From IMG/VR virus record IMGVR_UViG_3300046710_000123, positions 1 to 33,617 of that record: 33,617 nucleotides of DNA. One strand, written 5' to 3'. Origin of the DNA: a virus (Duplodnaviria; Caudoviricetes). The position numbers and the translations under genes were made by a program. Under the pieces are notes generated by a model that was given only the letters and a program-made list of their open reading frames with translations, made no database searches and was not told the origin of the DNA. This document shows, in pieces, positions 17,006 to 24,813 of this stretch. The stretch's first letter is position 1. Each line of letters opens with the position of its first letter.

Positions 17006-18070
17006 ATGGGGAAATATTTTGCAGCACATTATGGTGTTTTAGACAACCTAGGCTGGATGGCTTCAAAGGGATTTAATGAAGCAGGTCTTGTTGTACCAGA
17101 TGGACAGCTCCCATCACCTGCGAGTATCCATAATGCGGGCATTCGCTACGCTACGCTTAATATCTTCAATGACGGTAGCTCCGCTGCCTCACAGATCGGT
17201 GCAGCAGGGGGACCATATGCGGGATATTATCAGTCAATCGCTGGTGCCGGATGGGATATGATTGCCGGTGAGGGATGCGGGGGAGATGTAATCAACACCG
17301 TGTGCAATTACCGGTGGTATGTTAATTATGGTGGCGATCAACAAAATAATATGTACGCGCCGCCTTGGAATCATCCGGCAGATAGGCGACATCTTGATTA
17401 TATCGAAGCTTATACGGCAGGAAATTGTCTTAGCAACCCGGGCGGAGTGGCGGGGTGCATCAACGCCGCAAGAGCTGCTGGGTCGTTACACTTGGGGATA
17501 CTTATAGGGGACTGGTGTTTGGGCGATGCAAGTCAGTATATCAGTCTCGTCGATAGTACCGGCTGCGATACGATTTGTTTCTGGGGTGGGTACGGACAAC
17601 CATCATCACGTATGCAGGGATTGGCAGACCAACTAATCGGTCACTACGGCGCAGTAAAATGGGGTGGTGGCGGAGGTGGAGCAGCACCAACAAAGGCAGC
17701 AGGAGCAGCAGCAGCGGCACCTGCAAAACATCCTGTCATTCACTGTCCTTGTCGGCATATCTGGCTTGGTATATGGGGTGTTAAGGGTTCAGAGATGTCA
17801 GAACATCTTGAGTGGGATGTTAAGTTAGTTGGACAAGCAGGATTTGTTGATGACAATAATCAATGGATTGCCGGGAAACCATACACAGGTATGCTCGAAT
17901 TGTGGACGGCTAACGAAGATAAGTTATGGAAACTAAATGACTTCTGGCCCGACGCCAACGGAGCATTTTCATTACTTGTAATGAGTGATACGGCAGAAAA
18001 AAGGCATTATGGTATAAAGTTTGCTCCTGGTTGGAAAGGAGAACCATATCGAACAGTAATGGAGTATTAA
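17006..18070 (+). CDS. Putative glycoside hydrolase-like TIM barrel plus Gly/Ala linker plus Ig-like domain
   Basis: Alternating beta/alpha pattern with Glu89 (IAGEG) and Glu134 (DYIEAY) at strand ends; GGGGGGAAPTKAAG linker; C-terminal PDANGAFS...RHYGIKF. Confidence 0.5.
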   Translation: MGKYFAAHYGVLDNLGWMASKGFNEAGLVVPDGQLPSPASIHNAGIRYATLNIFNDGSSAASQIGAAGGPYAGYYQSIAGAGWDMIAGEGCGGDVINTVCNYRWYVNYGGDQQNNMYAPPWNHPADRRHLDYIEAYTAGNCLSNPGGVAGCINAARAAGSLHLGILIGDWCLGDASQYISLVDSTGCDTICFWGGYGQPSSRMQGLADQLIGHYGAVKWGGGGGGAAPTKAAGAAAAAPAKHPVIHCPCRHIWLGIWGVKGSEMSEHLEWDVKLVGQAGFVDDNNQWIAGKPYTGMLELWTANEDKLWKLNDFWPDANGAFSLLVMSDTAEKRHYGIKFAPGWKGEPYRTVMEY

Positions 18071-18071
18071 G

Positions 18072-18590
18072 ATGGTAATAGCATGGTGCTTTGTTCAGGA
18101 CGGGTGTTCGCATTGCGTAGACCTTGAAAATGCTGTAGCTGCCGCAGGTTTGACTTCACAAGTTGAATTCAGTGGAAACAATCCTTGTGGATCTGGTTCA
18201 ACACCCGCAACGAAGACTGCTGCAGGTTGTTTTATGTATCCAAATTGTGATTCTAACTGCCAACTAAATGCGATCAAAGCGGCAGCGTCCGCTGGAACCA
18301 AAGCAGCAACCCCTGCAGCTCCAGCAAAAACTGCCGCAGCAGCTCCCGCGGGAAAGACTACTGCTGCACAGGACAAGGCACAGGTTGCGTCGAGGACAAA
18401 TGTATGGTCAAATGATGTAGTTATAAATTGGGGGGAACGAAATCCAAGACCGGTAATTGCACAAACCCCTGTGGGGTGGCAACCTCCGGATGCTCAGTTA
18501 ACGCCCGTTTTACCATTACCACCAGAGATTGTTACGGGGGTAACCGTAGCCTTACGAGATCATCAGAAGGGTAAAAGTAGGAAAGGTTAA
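18072..18590 (+). CDS. Glutaredoxin/thioredoxin-like CxxC protein with Ala/Pro/Lys linker
   Basis: N-terminal strand then GCSHC helix (WCFVQDGCSHCVDLE), a TP candidate for the cis-Pro, and extra cysteines. Confidence 0.5.
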   Translation: MVIAWCFVQDGCSHCVDLENAVAAAGLTSQVEFSGNNPCGSGSTPATKTAAGCFMYPNCDSNCQLNAIKAAASAGTKAATPAAPAKTAAAAPAGKTTAAQDKAQVASRTNVWSNDVVINWGERNPRPVIAQTPVGWQPPDAQLTPVLPLPPEIVTGVTVALRDHQKGKSRKG

Positions 18591-18650
18591 TATAGAAAAC
18601 TATAAGAGATGTGCAATCACATATAAAATTATACAAGGAGTAGAATAAAA

Positions 18651-20243
18651 ATGGAAACATATTATCCGTTTGCAGTACCACCAGGGAATACGATGACTGA
18701 GAACCAATGGAGTCAGATGTTCAGATATGTCCTAGGTACTGGTGTTATATCAGTCAGCTTTCAAGATCAACTTAACCAGTTACTCGTAACTCCAGGTCCA
18801 ACCGCATTAACGGTTAATATAGATACTGGTGCAGCGTGGATTCAAGGACATTATTACCAGTCCGATGCGGTTAACACATTAACAATTAATCAAAATCCGA
18901 GTTCATCTGTACGGTCGGATTTAGTCGTACTTGAATGCAAGTGGGGACTAGATGCTGGAATTACGGCAAAAGTAGTAGAGGGCACTCCAGGTGTATTGTG
19001 GCCTGCTACAAGTACATATTCGGGACCAATGCCCCCAACACCTATTCAGACGTATGGAGTGAAATGGCAACTTCCATTAGCGCAAATTAACACAGCACAA
19101 AATACGTCAGTTGTTTACGTTCCTACAGATATTATCGATTTCCGGGCTTTTGTAGCTGCGGGAACTGCAAAATCATCAACATTTGTAGTTGCTTCTGATG
19201 GAGCATCACCACTGATAAGAGCAAACGCCGATTCGATTATCCCATATGGGGCACAAAATGCCGACGATAAAATCAACGAAGCGATTCAGATTGTTTCTGG
19301 TTTTGGTGGAGGAACTGTCCAACTTTCAGAAGGAACTTTTAATACCGCAGGCACCATCGAAATGGCAACAAATGTTAACCTGCGAGGGTTAGGAAAAAAG
19401 ACATTGATTCAGTATCATACTGCATCAGGAACCAGTAATTATCCAATTATCCAATGTACAAACGCAGATAATATAACAATCTCAGATCTAAGTATAGACG
19501 GCGGCGGGACTACAATGCTTGAGGCCGCCCCGGACGCAAACATCGCAGGATTCGAAGGGATCTACATAACAGACGGCACGTTTAATATAGTTAAAAATTG
19601 TTGGATAGAGCGATGCTTAAACAATGGGGTTCTCATATATTCTACTGCCGGAACTTCTACACTTACAGATTCCTATGGGCATAGAGTTGAAGGGTGTTAT
19701 CTTGGAAACAATCGCGGTGCTGGGATACATCTGGAAGCCAATGGTGGAATATTCAGTAGCAACCAAATCGATCATAATTTGTATGGTATTATTATGCAAA
19801 GTTCCTCGACTACCGGCGGATTCGGAGCAAGTATAAACGTCGTGAGTAACAATTCAATTCGACAGAACCTTCGTGATGGCATTCTCATAACAGCGGTTGG
19901 GGGAGCGGGAAACAATTCTCAAAATCAAATTTTCGGTAACATTATAAGCAATAGTGGAAGAAACCCTGGTTCCGGTGGGGTTTCCGCGTGGTCTGGTATC
20001 GCCCTGGCTGGTGCTGGTACATTTTGGAATAAGATATCCGGTAATTTTATTCAATGTTGGATGGCTCCGCGGCAGCTGCGTGCGATCTACTTTGACACAC
20101 TCGCTAATCACAATGATGTTACCAATAATACGGTAATTAATAGTACAACTCTCACGGGAGCCACAGATATTATCGGTCCAGCTCCAGAAGGAACAAATAG
20201 GATAAAATACAACTGGGTAACAGGTTCATCTGCGTACGATTAA
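18651..20243 (+). CDS. Minor tail protein/tailspike with pectin-lyase-like parallel beta-helix
   Basis: N-terminal anchor (YYPF...ENQWSQMF...GAAWIQGHYY...RSDLVVL...VEGTPG...QLPLAQI), then DDKINEAI...GGGTVQLSEGTF and Asn-ladder repeats; RBS AAGGAG. Confidence 0.85.
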   Translation: METYYPFAVPPGNTMTENQWSQMFRYVLGTGVISVSFQDQLNQLLVTPGPTALTVNIDTGAAWIQGHYYQSDAVNTLTINQNPSSSVRSDLVVLECKWGLDAGITAKVVEGTPGVLWPATSTYSGPMPPTPIQTYGVKWQLPLAQINTAQNTSVVYVPTDIIDFRAFVAAGTAKSSTFVVASDGASPLIRANADSIIPYGAQNADDKINEAIQIVSGFGGGTVQLSEGTFNTAGTIEMATNVNLRGLGKKTLIQYHTASGTSNYPIIQCTNADNITISDLSIDGGGTTMLEAAPDANIAGFEGIYITDGTFNIVKNCWIERCLNNGVLIYSTAGTSTLTDSYGHRVEGCYLGNNRGAGIHLEANGGIFSSNQIDHNLYGIIMQSSSTTGGFGASINVVSNNSIRQNLRDGILITAVGGAGNNSQNQIFGNIISNSGRNPGSGGVSAWSGIALAGAGTFWNKISGNFIQCWMAPRQLRAIYFDTLANHNDVTNNTVINSTTLTGATDIIGPAPEGTNRIKYNWVTGSSAYD

Positions 20244-20261
20244 TTAGGGACAACGATAAAA

Positions 20262-20510
20262 ATGATAGATGTAGACGACATTAAAGTTAAAGTGTACCCC
20301 CCAAAGGTGACGGTACAAAATAATATATTTCCTCCACCAGAAGAATTACAAAACTGCAGGACATGTATTAAGGGTCGTAGACTCCCTGCAGATGCAATGT
20401 CTAAAGAAGATTATCATTATTATTGTCGATGGGATCTAAAGACCCACATCGGGTTAAAAAATTATGATAATGATTGTGGTTATTATATAAGAAAAAGAAT
20501 GGGGGACTGA
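20262..20510 (+). CDS. Small Cys-containing hypothetical protein
   Basis: CRTC...YCRWD...DCGYY; packed in the operon. Confidence 0.55.
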   Translation: MIDVDDIKVKVYPPKVTVQNNIFPPPEELQNCRTCIKGRRLPADAMSKEDYHYYCRWDLKTHIGLKNYDNDCGYYIRKRMGD

Positions 20511-20513
20511 AGA

Positions 20514-20990
20514 ATGCCAAGTGCCGTATTTGATGGTGCAATGCTCTCGTTTATGACAGGAGGAATTGCTCTAACCGCTGGTATCACTCACGTATTTTGT
20601 ATATTGGGAAATATATCACCTGTAGCACACAAATCCGATTGGTCAACGTATGCTAACTGTAAAAACGCAACAGGACTTTTCGAGCTTTCATCTACAACAT
20701 ACCCAACGTATGTACAGGGGGGTAATTATGTGCCAGTATCAGCCCCAAGTACAGATGTTAATGGAGTTACGGCACTAAAGCCTAACACCGCGATTAACAA
20801 CGGTTCGACAACATTTACTACTCCGATAACGTTTAATTGGGCTATATTACAGTATGCGGCTGTTGCTGATGCGAAAACTACCGATGGTAATAAGTTGTTA
20901 TGCTACCTTGATTTGGGGGCGCAGTCCGCGACATCCGGTCTAGTAACACTTACATGGAATCCTGCTGGGATTATAACATTAACAACATAG
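20514..20990 (+). CDS. Tail fibre-associated structural protein, paralog of 21011..21490
   Basis: YVQGG...WAILQY...LLCYLDLGAQSATSGLVTLTWNPAGIITL. Confidence 0.75.
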   Translation: MPSAVFDGAMLSFMTGGIALTAGITHVFCILGNISPVAHKSDWSTYANCKNATGLFELSSTTYPTYVQGGNYVPVSAPSTDVNGVTALKPNTAINNGSTTFTTPITFNWAILQYAAVADAKTTDGNKLLCYLDLGAQSATSGLVTLTWNPAGIITLTT

Positions 20991-21010
20991 AAAGAAGGAG
21001 AGATTAAAAA

Positions 21011-21490
21011 ATGGCAAGTGCGGTCTTTGATAATGCAATGGTTTCACTATTGACAAAAAAGATAGATATACAAAGTAATGCAACAACTACATATTGTGTG
21101 CTAGGAGGTGCGTCACCAGCAGCATATAAGAGTTCGTTTGCTACATATAGCCAGATTAAACACTCTGCAGCTGGTGGTATTTATGAAATTGTGGGTTCAA
21201 CAGGGGGATATGTAGTAGGTGGAAGCGGAGTTAGTACGGTTGTTCCTACCGCAGGAAACTCTGGAGCGGGGATTACCGGGATGAAAACAAATGCAAATCT
21301 CGTATTCACAGCAACTGGAACAACAATAACATGTTCATGGGCATATATACAATATGCATTGACTTCAAGTACCCCAACAGCCGATGCTAATCCATTAATT
21401 TGTTATCTAGATATTGGGGCGCAATCTGTAACTAACGGCACGCTGACGTTTACATGGAACGCTTTGGGAATCTTGACGTTAACCACATAG
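21011..21490 (+). CDS. Tail fibre-associated structural protein, paralog of 20514..20990
   Basis: YVVGG...WAYIQY...LICYLDIGAQSVTNGTLTFTWNALGILTL; RBS AAGGAG. Confidence 0.75.
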   Translation: MASAVFDNAMVSLLTKKIDIQSNATTTYCVLGGASPAAYKSSFATYSQIKHSAAGGIYEIVGSTGGYVVGGSGVSTVVPTAGNSGAGITGMKTNANLVFTATGTTITCSWAYIQYALTSSTPTADANPLICYLDIGAQSVTNGTLTFTWNALGILTLTT

Positions 21491-21503
21491 AGGGGATAAA
21501 TCT

Positions 21504-22748
21504 GTGGCACTAAATGTATCAAACGCGTTGATTATATACGGACAAGACGTAATCGGTGGTGCATGTGTGTGGCCATCTATTGGAACGACGGTACCAAATG
21601 GTGGAACATTAGGAACGAACTGGTATGGCAAGGAAACTGCTAACCACTACAGTACAATTCGTACATATACTGGACAGGCTATCACAGCTAATAATGATGT
21701 AGTCACTGTTGAGCGTGGCGCACCTGGTATAATATTGTCTTATGACCGCGCACAATCAGTTACAGTAGAATGGGTATTTACTTGGAACTCCGCGAGTGCG
21801 ACCAAATCATACCTTTTTTCGAAAGGTTCAGACCTGTATGTATCATATGACCAAAACGCCAACCTGATGGTATTTCACCGTAGGGCGCAATCAGGTAATC
21901 GTGATGAATGGTCTTGCAAACCGGGCTTTGTTAACGGTAAAACATACGTCCTTCAAATTGCTGGTGGAGCACCAAATACAGCAATAACTGTTATGCTCAA
22001 CAACGTTAGTGTACCAGTGACTCATACCATGGTTGCTGCATCATACGACACCTCATGGGGACCATATGCAGATGAGGATCTTAAAATAATGAACAGTTAT
22101 TCTCAGAACGCTGCTGCACGATGCACATTATATCTATTTCGGTTTCATAATACTAAGCTATCTAGTCTTCAGATGAGTCAAAATTATGACATAGACTGGG
22201 GGCGTGTGTGGACACTTGTGTCGGTTTCCGCACCACTACCCGCATCTGTACCTGTTACGCCCCGCCCGGTTAAATACACCGCAACTAACAGTCCCACTGC
22301 TGGAGCAACGGTTCTTAATTTTGCAGACATAACCGGTTTTACAGTAGACACAGAAGTTACGATAGGGGTAAATGATGGAAATCCGTTGCATTTTGACATT
22401 AAGAGGATATATAGTATAACCACAACTACGGCACCTGCTGGTAGTATAACACTGGTCAACGGACTTGCAAATGCATATACAACCCCTCCCGTTTCATTGA
22501 TTGTAATGCACAATCAAACGTGGTATGAAAATGTTACCCCAACAAGTTCCGGCAATGTAATTGGTCCAACTACGTCAATCGGACCAATAGCGTTACCAAT
22601 AGCGGGGAACGTAGGAGCGGCGGCACAAACACCGACGCGCGTCGTTGCAGCACGTTATGCAGATGTACCACCTCGACCGCACTATACTCTGACACATACG
22701 TTAACATATCGAGTTACACTTAATACTATTGTAGAGGAAGCACAATAA
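21504..22748 (+). CDS. LamG/ConA-like tail protein with inserted beta-module
   Basis: SVTVEWVF...YLFSKG...LFRFHNTKLS aligns by eye with the hub N-domain; later AGATVLNFADITGFTV...GSITLVNGLANAY. Confidence 0.7.
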   Translation: MALNVSNALIIYGQDVIGGACVWPSIGTTVPNGGTLGTNWYGKETANHYSTIRTYTGQAITANNDVVTVERGAPGIILSYDRAQSVTVEWVFTWNSASATKSYLFSKGSDLYVSYDQNANLMVFHRRAQSGNRDEWSCKPGFVNGKTYVLQIAGGAPNTAITVMLNNVSVPVTHTMVAASYDTSWGPYADEDLKIMNSYSQNAAARCTLYLFRFHNTKLSSLQMSQNYDIDWGRVWTLVSVSAPLPASVPVTPRPVKYTATNSPTAGATVLNFADITGFTVDTEVTIGVNDGNPLHFDIKRIYSITTTTAPAGSITLVNGLANAYTTPPVSLIVMHNQTWYENVTPTSSGNVIGPTTSIGPIALPIAGNVGAAAQTPTRVVAARYADVPPRPHYTLTHTLTYRVTLNTIVEEAQ

Positions 22749-23386
22749 TGACATCAGATTTGACTATAGATGAAGGATCATCAGTATATGTTACTGTTTA
22801 CCCAACATATGCTAATGGAGCACCAGTAAACTTAACGAATGCAACAATAACGTGGGTTGCTAGTGTTAACGGTGTGCAACAGGTAAAAAAAGATAGTGCC
22901 ATGATGACTATACTACTTGGAACTCAATTAGCTACGACGGCTGCTGCAAGTGCAGCGGCAGATCAAAATGTTATCCGGTTCACTAAAATTTCTGCATTTG
23001 GTAATGATGTAAATAGAAAGTTGATCACAGATTTGGTAATTGGAGATATCGTAACAATCATAAATAATTCTTCCCAAGAAGAATATTGTACAGTTGCATC
23101 GATCAATATCGTAACCAAAGATGTAACTATGGAAACCAATCTACTTTACACGCACGAAGCTGGAAACGCTATAAAGAGAATTATACAGCAATTTGAATTT
23201 ATTCTTTTACCCGGAGACACAACATTACCATTGACCAAATCATATGGTAATGCGATAATTTGGGATCATATGGCGCAAGCAACGTTTCCAGAAGGGCTTA
23301 GTGCAGAAAATATATATCAAGAACCAACAACTATGATCCTCCTTCGTGGAAAACTTCGAATTTATCCTATACTTGATATAGTCTGA
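22748..23386 (+). CDS. BppU N-domain-like baseplate protein with inserted beta-module
   Basis: LTIDEGSS...NGAPVNLTNATITW...FILLPGDT...LLRGKLRI; TAATG overlap with the upstream gene. Confidence 0.65.
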   Translation: MTSDLTIDEGSSVYVTVYPTYANGAPVNLTNATITWVASVNGVQQVKKDSAMMTILLGTQLATTAAASAAADQNVIRFTKISAFGNDVNRKLITDLVIGDIVTIINNSSQEEYCTVASINIVTKDVTMETNLLYTHEAGNAIKRIIQQFEFILLPGDTTLPLTKSYGNAIIWDHMAQATFPEGLSAENIYQEPTTMILLRGKLRIYPILDIV

Positions 23387-23388
23387 TC

Positions 23389-23487
23389 ATGGCAGGAAAT
23401 AGCAAACGCCGCAATGGAAGTGAGCGCAGGCGTAAAAAACGCGCTAGAAAAGAAAAGAAACAGAAGTTAGGAAAGTTTATATATTAG
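23389..23487 (+). CDS. 32-aa highly basic peptide (not in ORF track)
   Basis: MAGNSKRRNGSERRRKKRARKEKKQKLGKFIY; ATG 2 nt after the upstream TGA. Confidence 0.45.
   Translation: MAGNSKRRNGSERRRKKRARKEKKQKLGKFIY
23476..23483 (+). promoter_or_regulatory. Archaeal-type TATA box (TTTATATA) upstream of the holin-like gene
   Basis: Purine-rich BRE-like GGAAAG before it; about 40 nt upstream of ATG 23523, with RBS GGAGGTG. Confidence 0.5.
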
Positions 23488-23522
23488 TAACGATATAATA
23501 AACAACAGAGGAGGTGGAAAAT

Positions 23523-23726
23523 ATGGTACTAGGTTTAACTTTAGATCCAACACCAGCATTGAACTTGATACCCGTAATAATTCTACTCATCGCATTTTTA
23601 GTCGTAGTAATTAATGGGATTAGTCAATTTTTTGTGCTGACGGGGTTACAAACATCAATAGTAGGCTTCGTTGCATTTGTATTAGTAGCAATGTCTACAT
23701 TTTTAACAACAGTAAGAGCAAACTAA
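23523..23726 (+). CDS. Two-TM membrane protein (holin-like)
   Basis: Two hydrophobic segments; follows the tail genes; RBS AGGAGGTGG. Confidence 0.6.
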   Translation: MVLGLTLDPTPALNLIPVIILLIAFLVVVINGISQFFVLTGLQTSIVGFVAFVLVAMSTFLTTVRAN

Positions 23727-23730
23727 ACGA

Positions 23731-23760
23731 GGGGGAAAATTACCCCAAATTTTTATTATT
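23731..23760 (+). terminator. Short hairpin (GGGG/CCCC) plus T-rich tract
   Basis: GGGGGAAAATTACCCCAAATTTTTATT directly after the stop codon. Confidence 0.3.
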
Positions 23761-23892
23761 ATGAAACCAAGATATACGGTACAACAGACTGAAGTTATAC
23801 TAGCTATGATGCTTAGAGACATAGAAAGATTAGCCAACTACGTAGATCAGATCGAAAAAGGGGTTACGGTAATGATGGGTAACCTAAAATGA
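23761..23892 (+). CDS. 43-aa hypothetical protein (not in ORF track)
   Basis: MKPRYTVQQTEVILAMMLRDIERLANYVDQIEKG...; ATGA-coupled to the next ORF. Confidence 0.55.
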   Translation: MKPRYTVQQTEVILAMMLRDIERLANYVDQIEKGVTVMMGNLK

Positions 23893-24068
23893 TCTTAAGA
23901 AAGAACGGAAAGGACATCGGTAATATTAGTATTCTTGATTTAGCCGCCGGAACAGAATTACCACTTCCGCCAGTAATAACTATTATTTTAACAGACCCTA
24001 AAATCGTTGCAGGATACGAAGAGAAAATGCATGGTCTTGATGATGAAACCGGGATCGTAGAATTATGA
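23889..24068 (+). CDS. 59-aa hypothetical protein (not in ORF track)
   Basis: MILRKNGKDIGNISILDL...; ATGA overlaps on both sides. Confidence 0.6.
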   Translation: MILRKNGKDIGNISILDLAAGTELPLPPVITIILTDPKIVAGYEEKMHGLDDETGIVEL

Positions 24069-24235
24069 ATGTTGAATTATCTGCAGAAACTGCCGATGCT
24101 TTAGATGTGGCTAGGATGTTATATCCAGAAACGTGTGAAAATGATGATGAACTACTTTTCAAGATACTCCTTGAGTGGATGAAATACCAAGGTAAGGAAT
24201 CATTAGATGATTGGATCTCCGACTTCTTTGTATGA
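24065..24235 (+). CDS. 56-aa ribbon-helix-helix-like protein (not in ORF track)
   Basis: MNVELSAETADALDVARM...ENDDELLFKILLEW gives a strand-helix-helix pattern; ATGA overlaps. Confidence 0.55.
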   Translation: MNVELSAETADALDVARMLYPETCENDDELLFKILLEWMKYQGKESLDDWISDFFV

Positions 24236-24813
24236 ATATTTGCACGAACTGCAATAAACCATTTGAATCCAACGGATTTAAAATGTGTGGATCATGTCGA
24301 GAACACTTCCGCGAAAAAACCCGTAGATGGCGCAAAGCAAATCCAGAAAAGGTAAAAGAAATTGGACGTAGAGCAGATAAAAAACGTTATGTTATAAAGC
24401 GCAAATATGATAAATATTGGAGAAACAAGAATCCTAAAAGAGTTCGTGAATATAAACTCCGTGATAAAGAGAAACACGCAGAACGAATACGAAACTATAT
24501 GATACAATGGTGGAAAGAGCACCCAGAAAAACGGAGAATCTACGAACACAATCGCAAAGCAAGAAAACGAGAAAACGGCGGTACATTAACTTTTGGAGAA
24601 TTAAATGAACAATTCGAACTACAAGAAGGATTGTGTTTTTATTGCGGAAGACTCCTAGATGATAATTCCACACACATTGATCATAGAGTTCCAATTTCTC
24701 GCGGCGGATCTAATAGTATAGAAAACATAGCACTTTCTTGCCCATCTTGCAATCTTAAAAAACACACAAAAACAGATATTGAATTTTTACAGGAGATAAA
24801 CAATGACAGATGA
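24232..24813 (+). CDS. HNH endonuclease
   Basis: CFYCG...HIDHRVPISRGGSNSIENIALSCPSCNLKK; N-terminal CxxC...CxxC and basic repeats; true start ATG 24232 (ATGA overlap). Confidence 0.9.
   Translation: MNICTNCNKPFESNGFKMCGSCREHFREKTRRWRKANPEKVKEIGRRADKKRYVIKRKYDKYWRNKNPKRVREYKLRDKEKHAERIRNYMIQWWKEHPEKRRIYEHNRKARKRENGGTLTFGELNEQFELQEGLCFYCGRLLDDNSTHIDHRVPISRGGSNSIENIALSCPSCNLKKHTKTDIEFLQEINNDR

Noticed and set aside
18609-18622. ATGTG-N4-CACAT palindrome upstream of the tailspike gene
   Set aside because: Only 5-bp arms and no second copy noticed.
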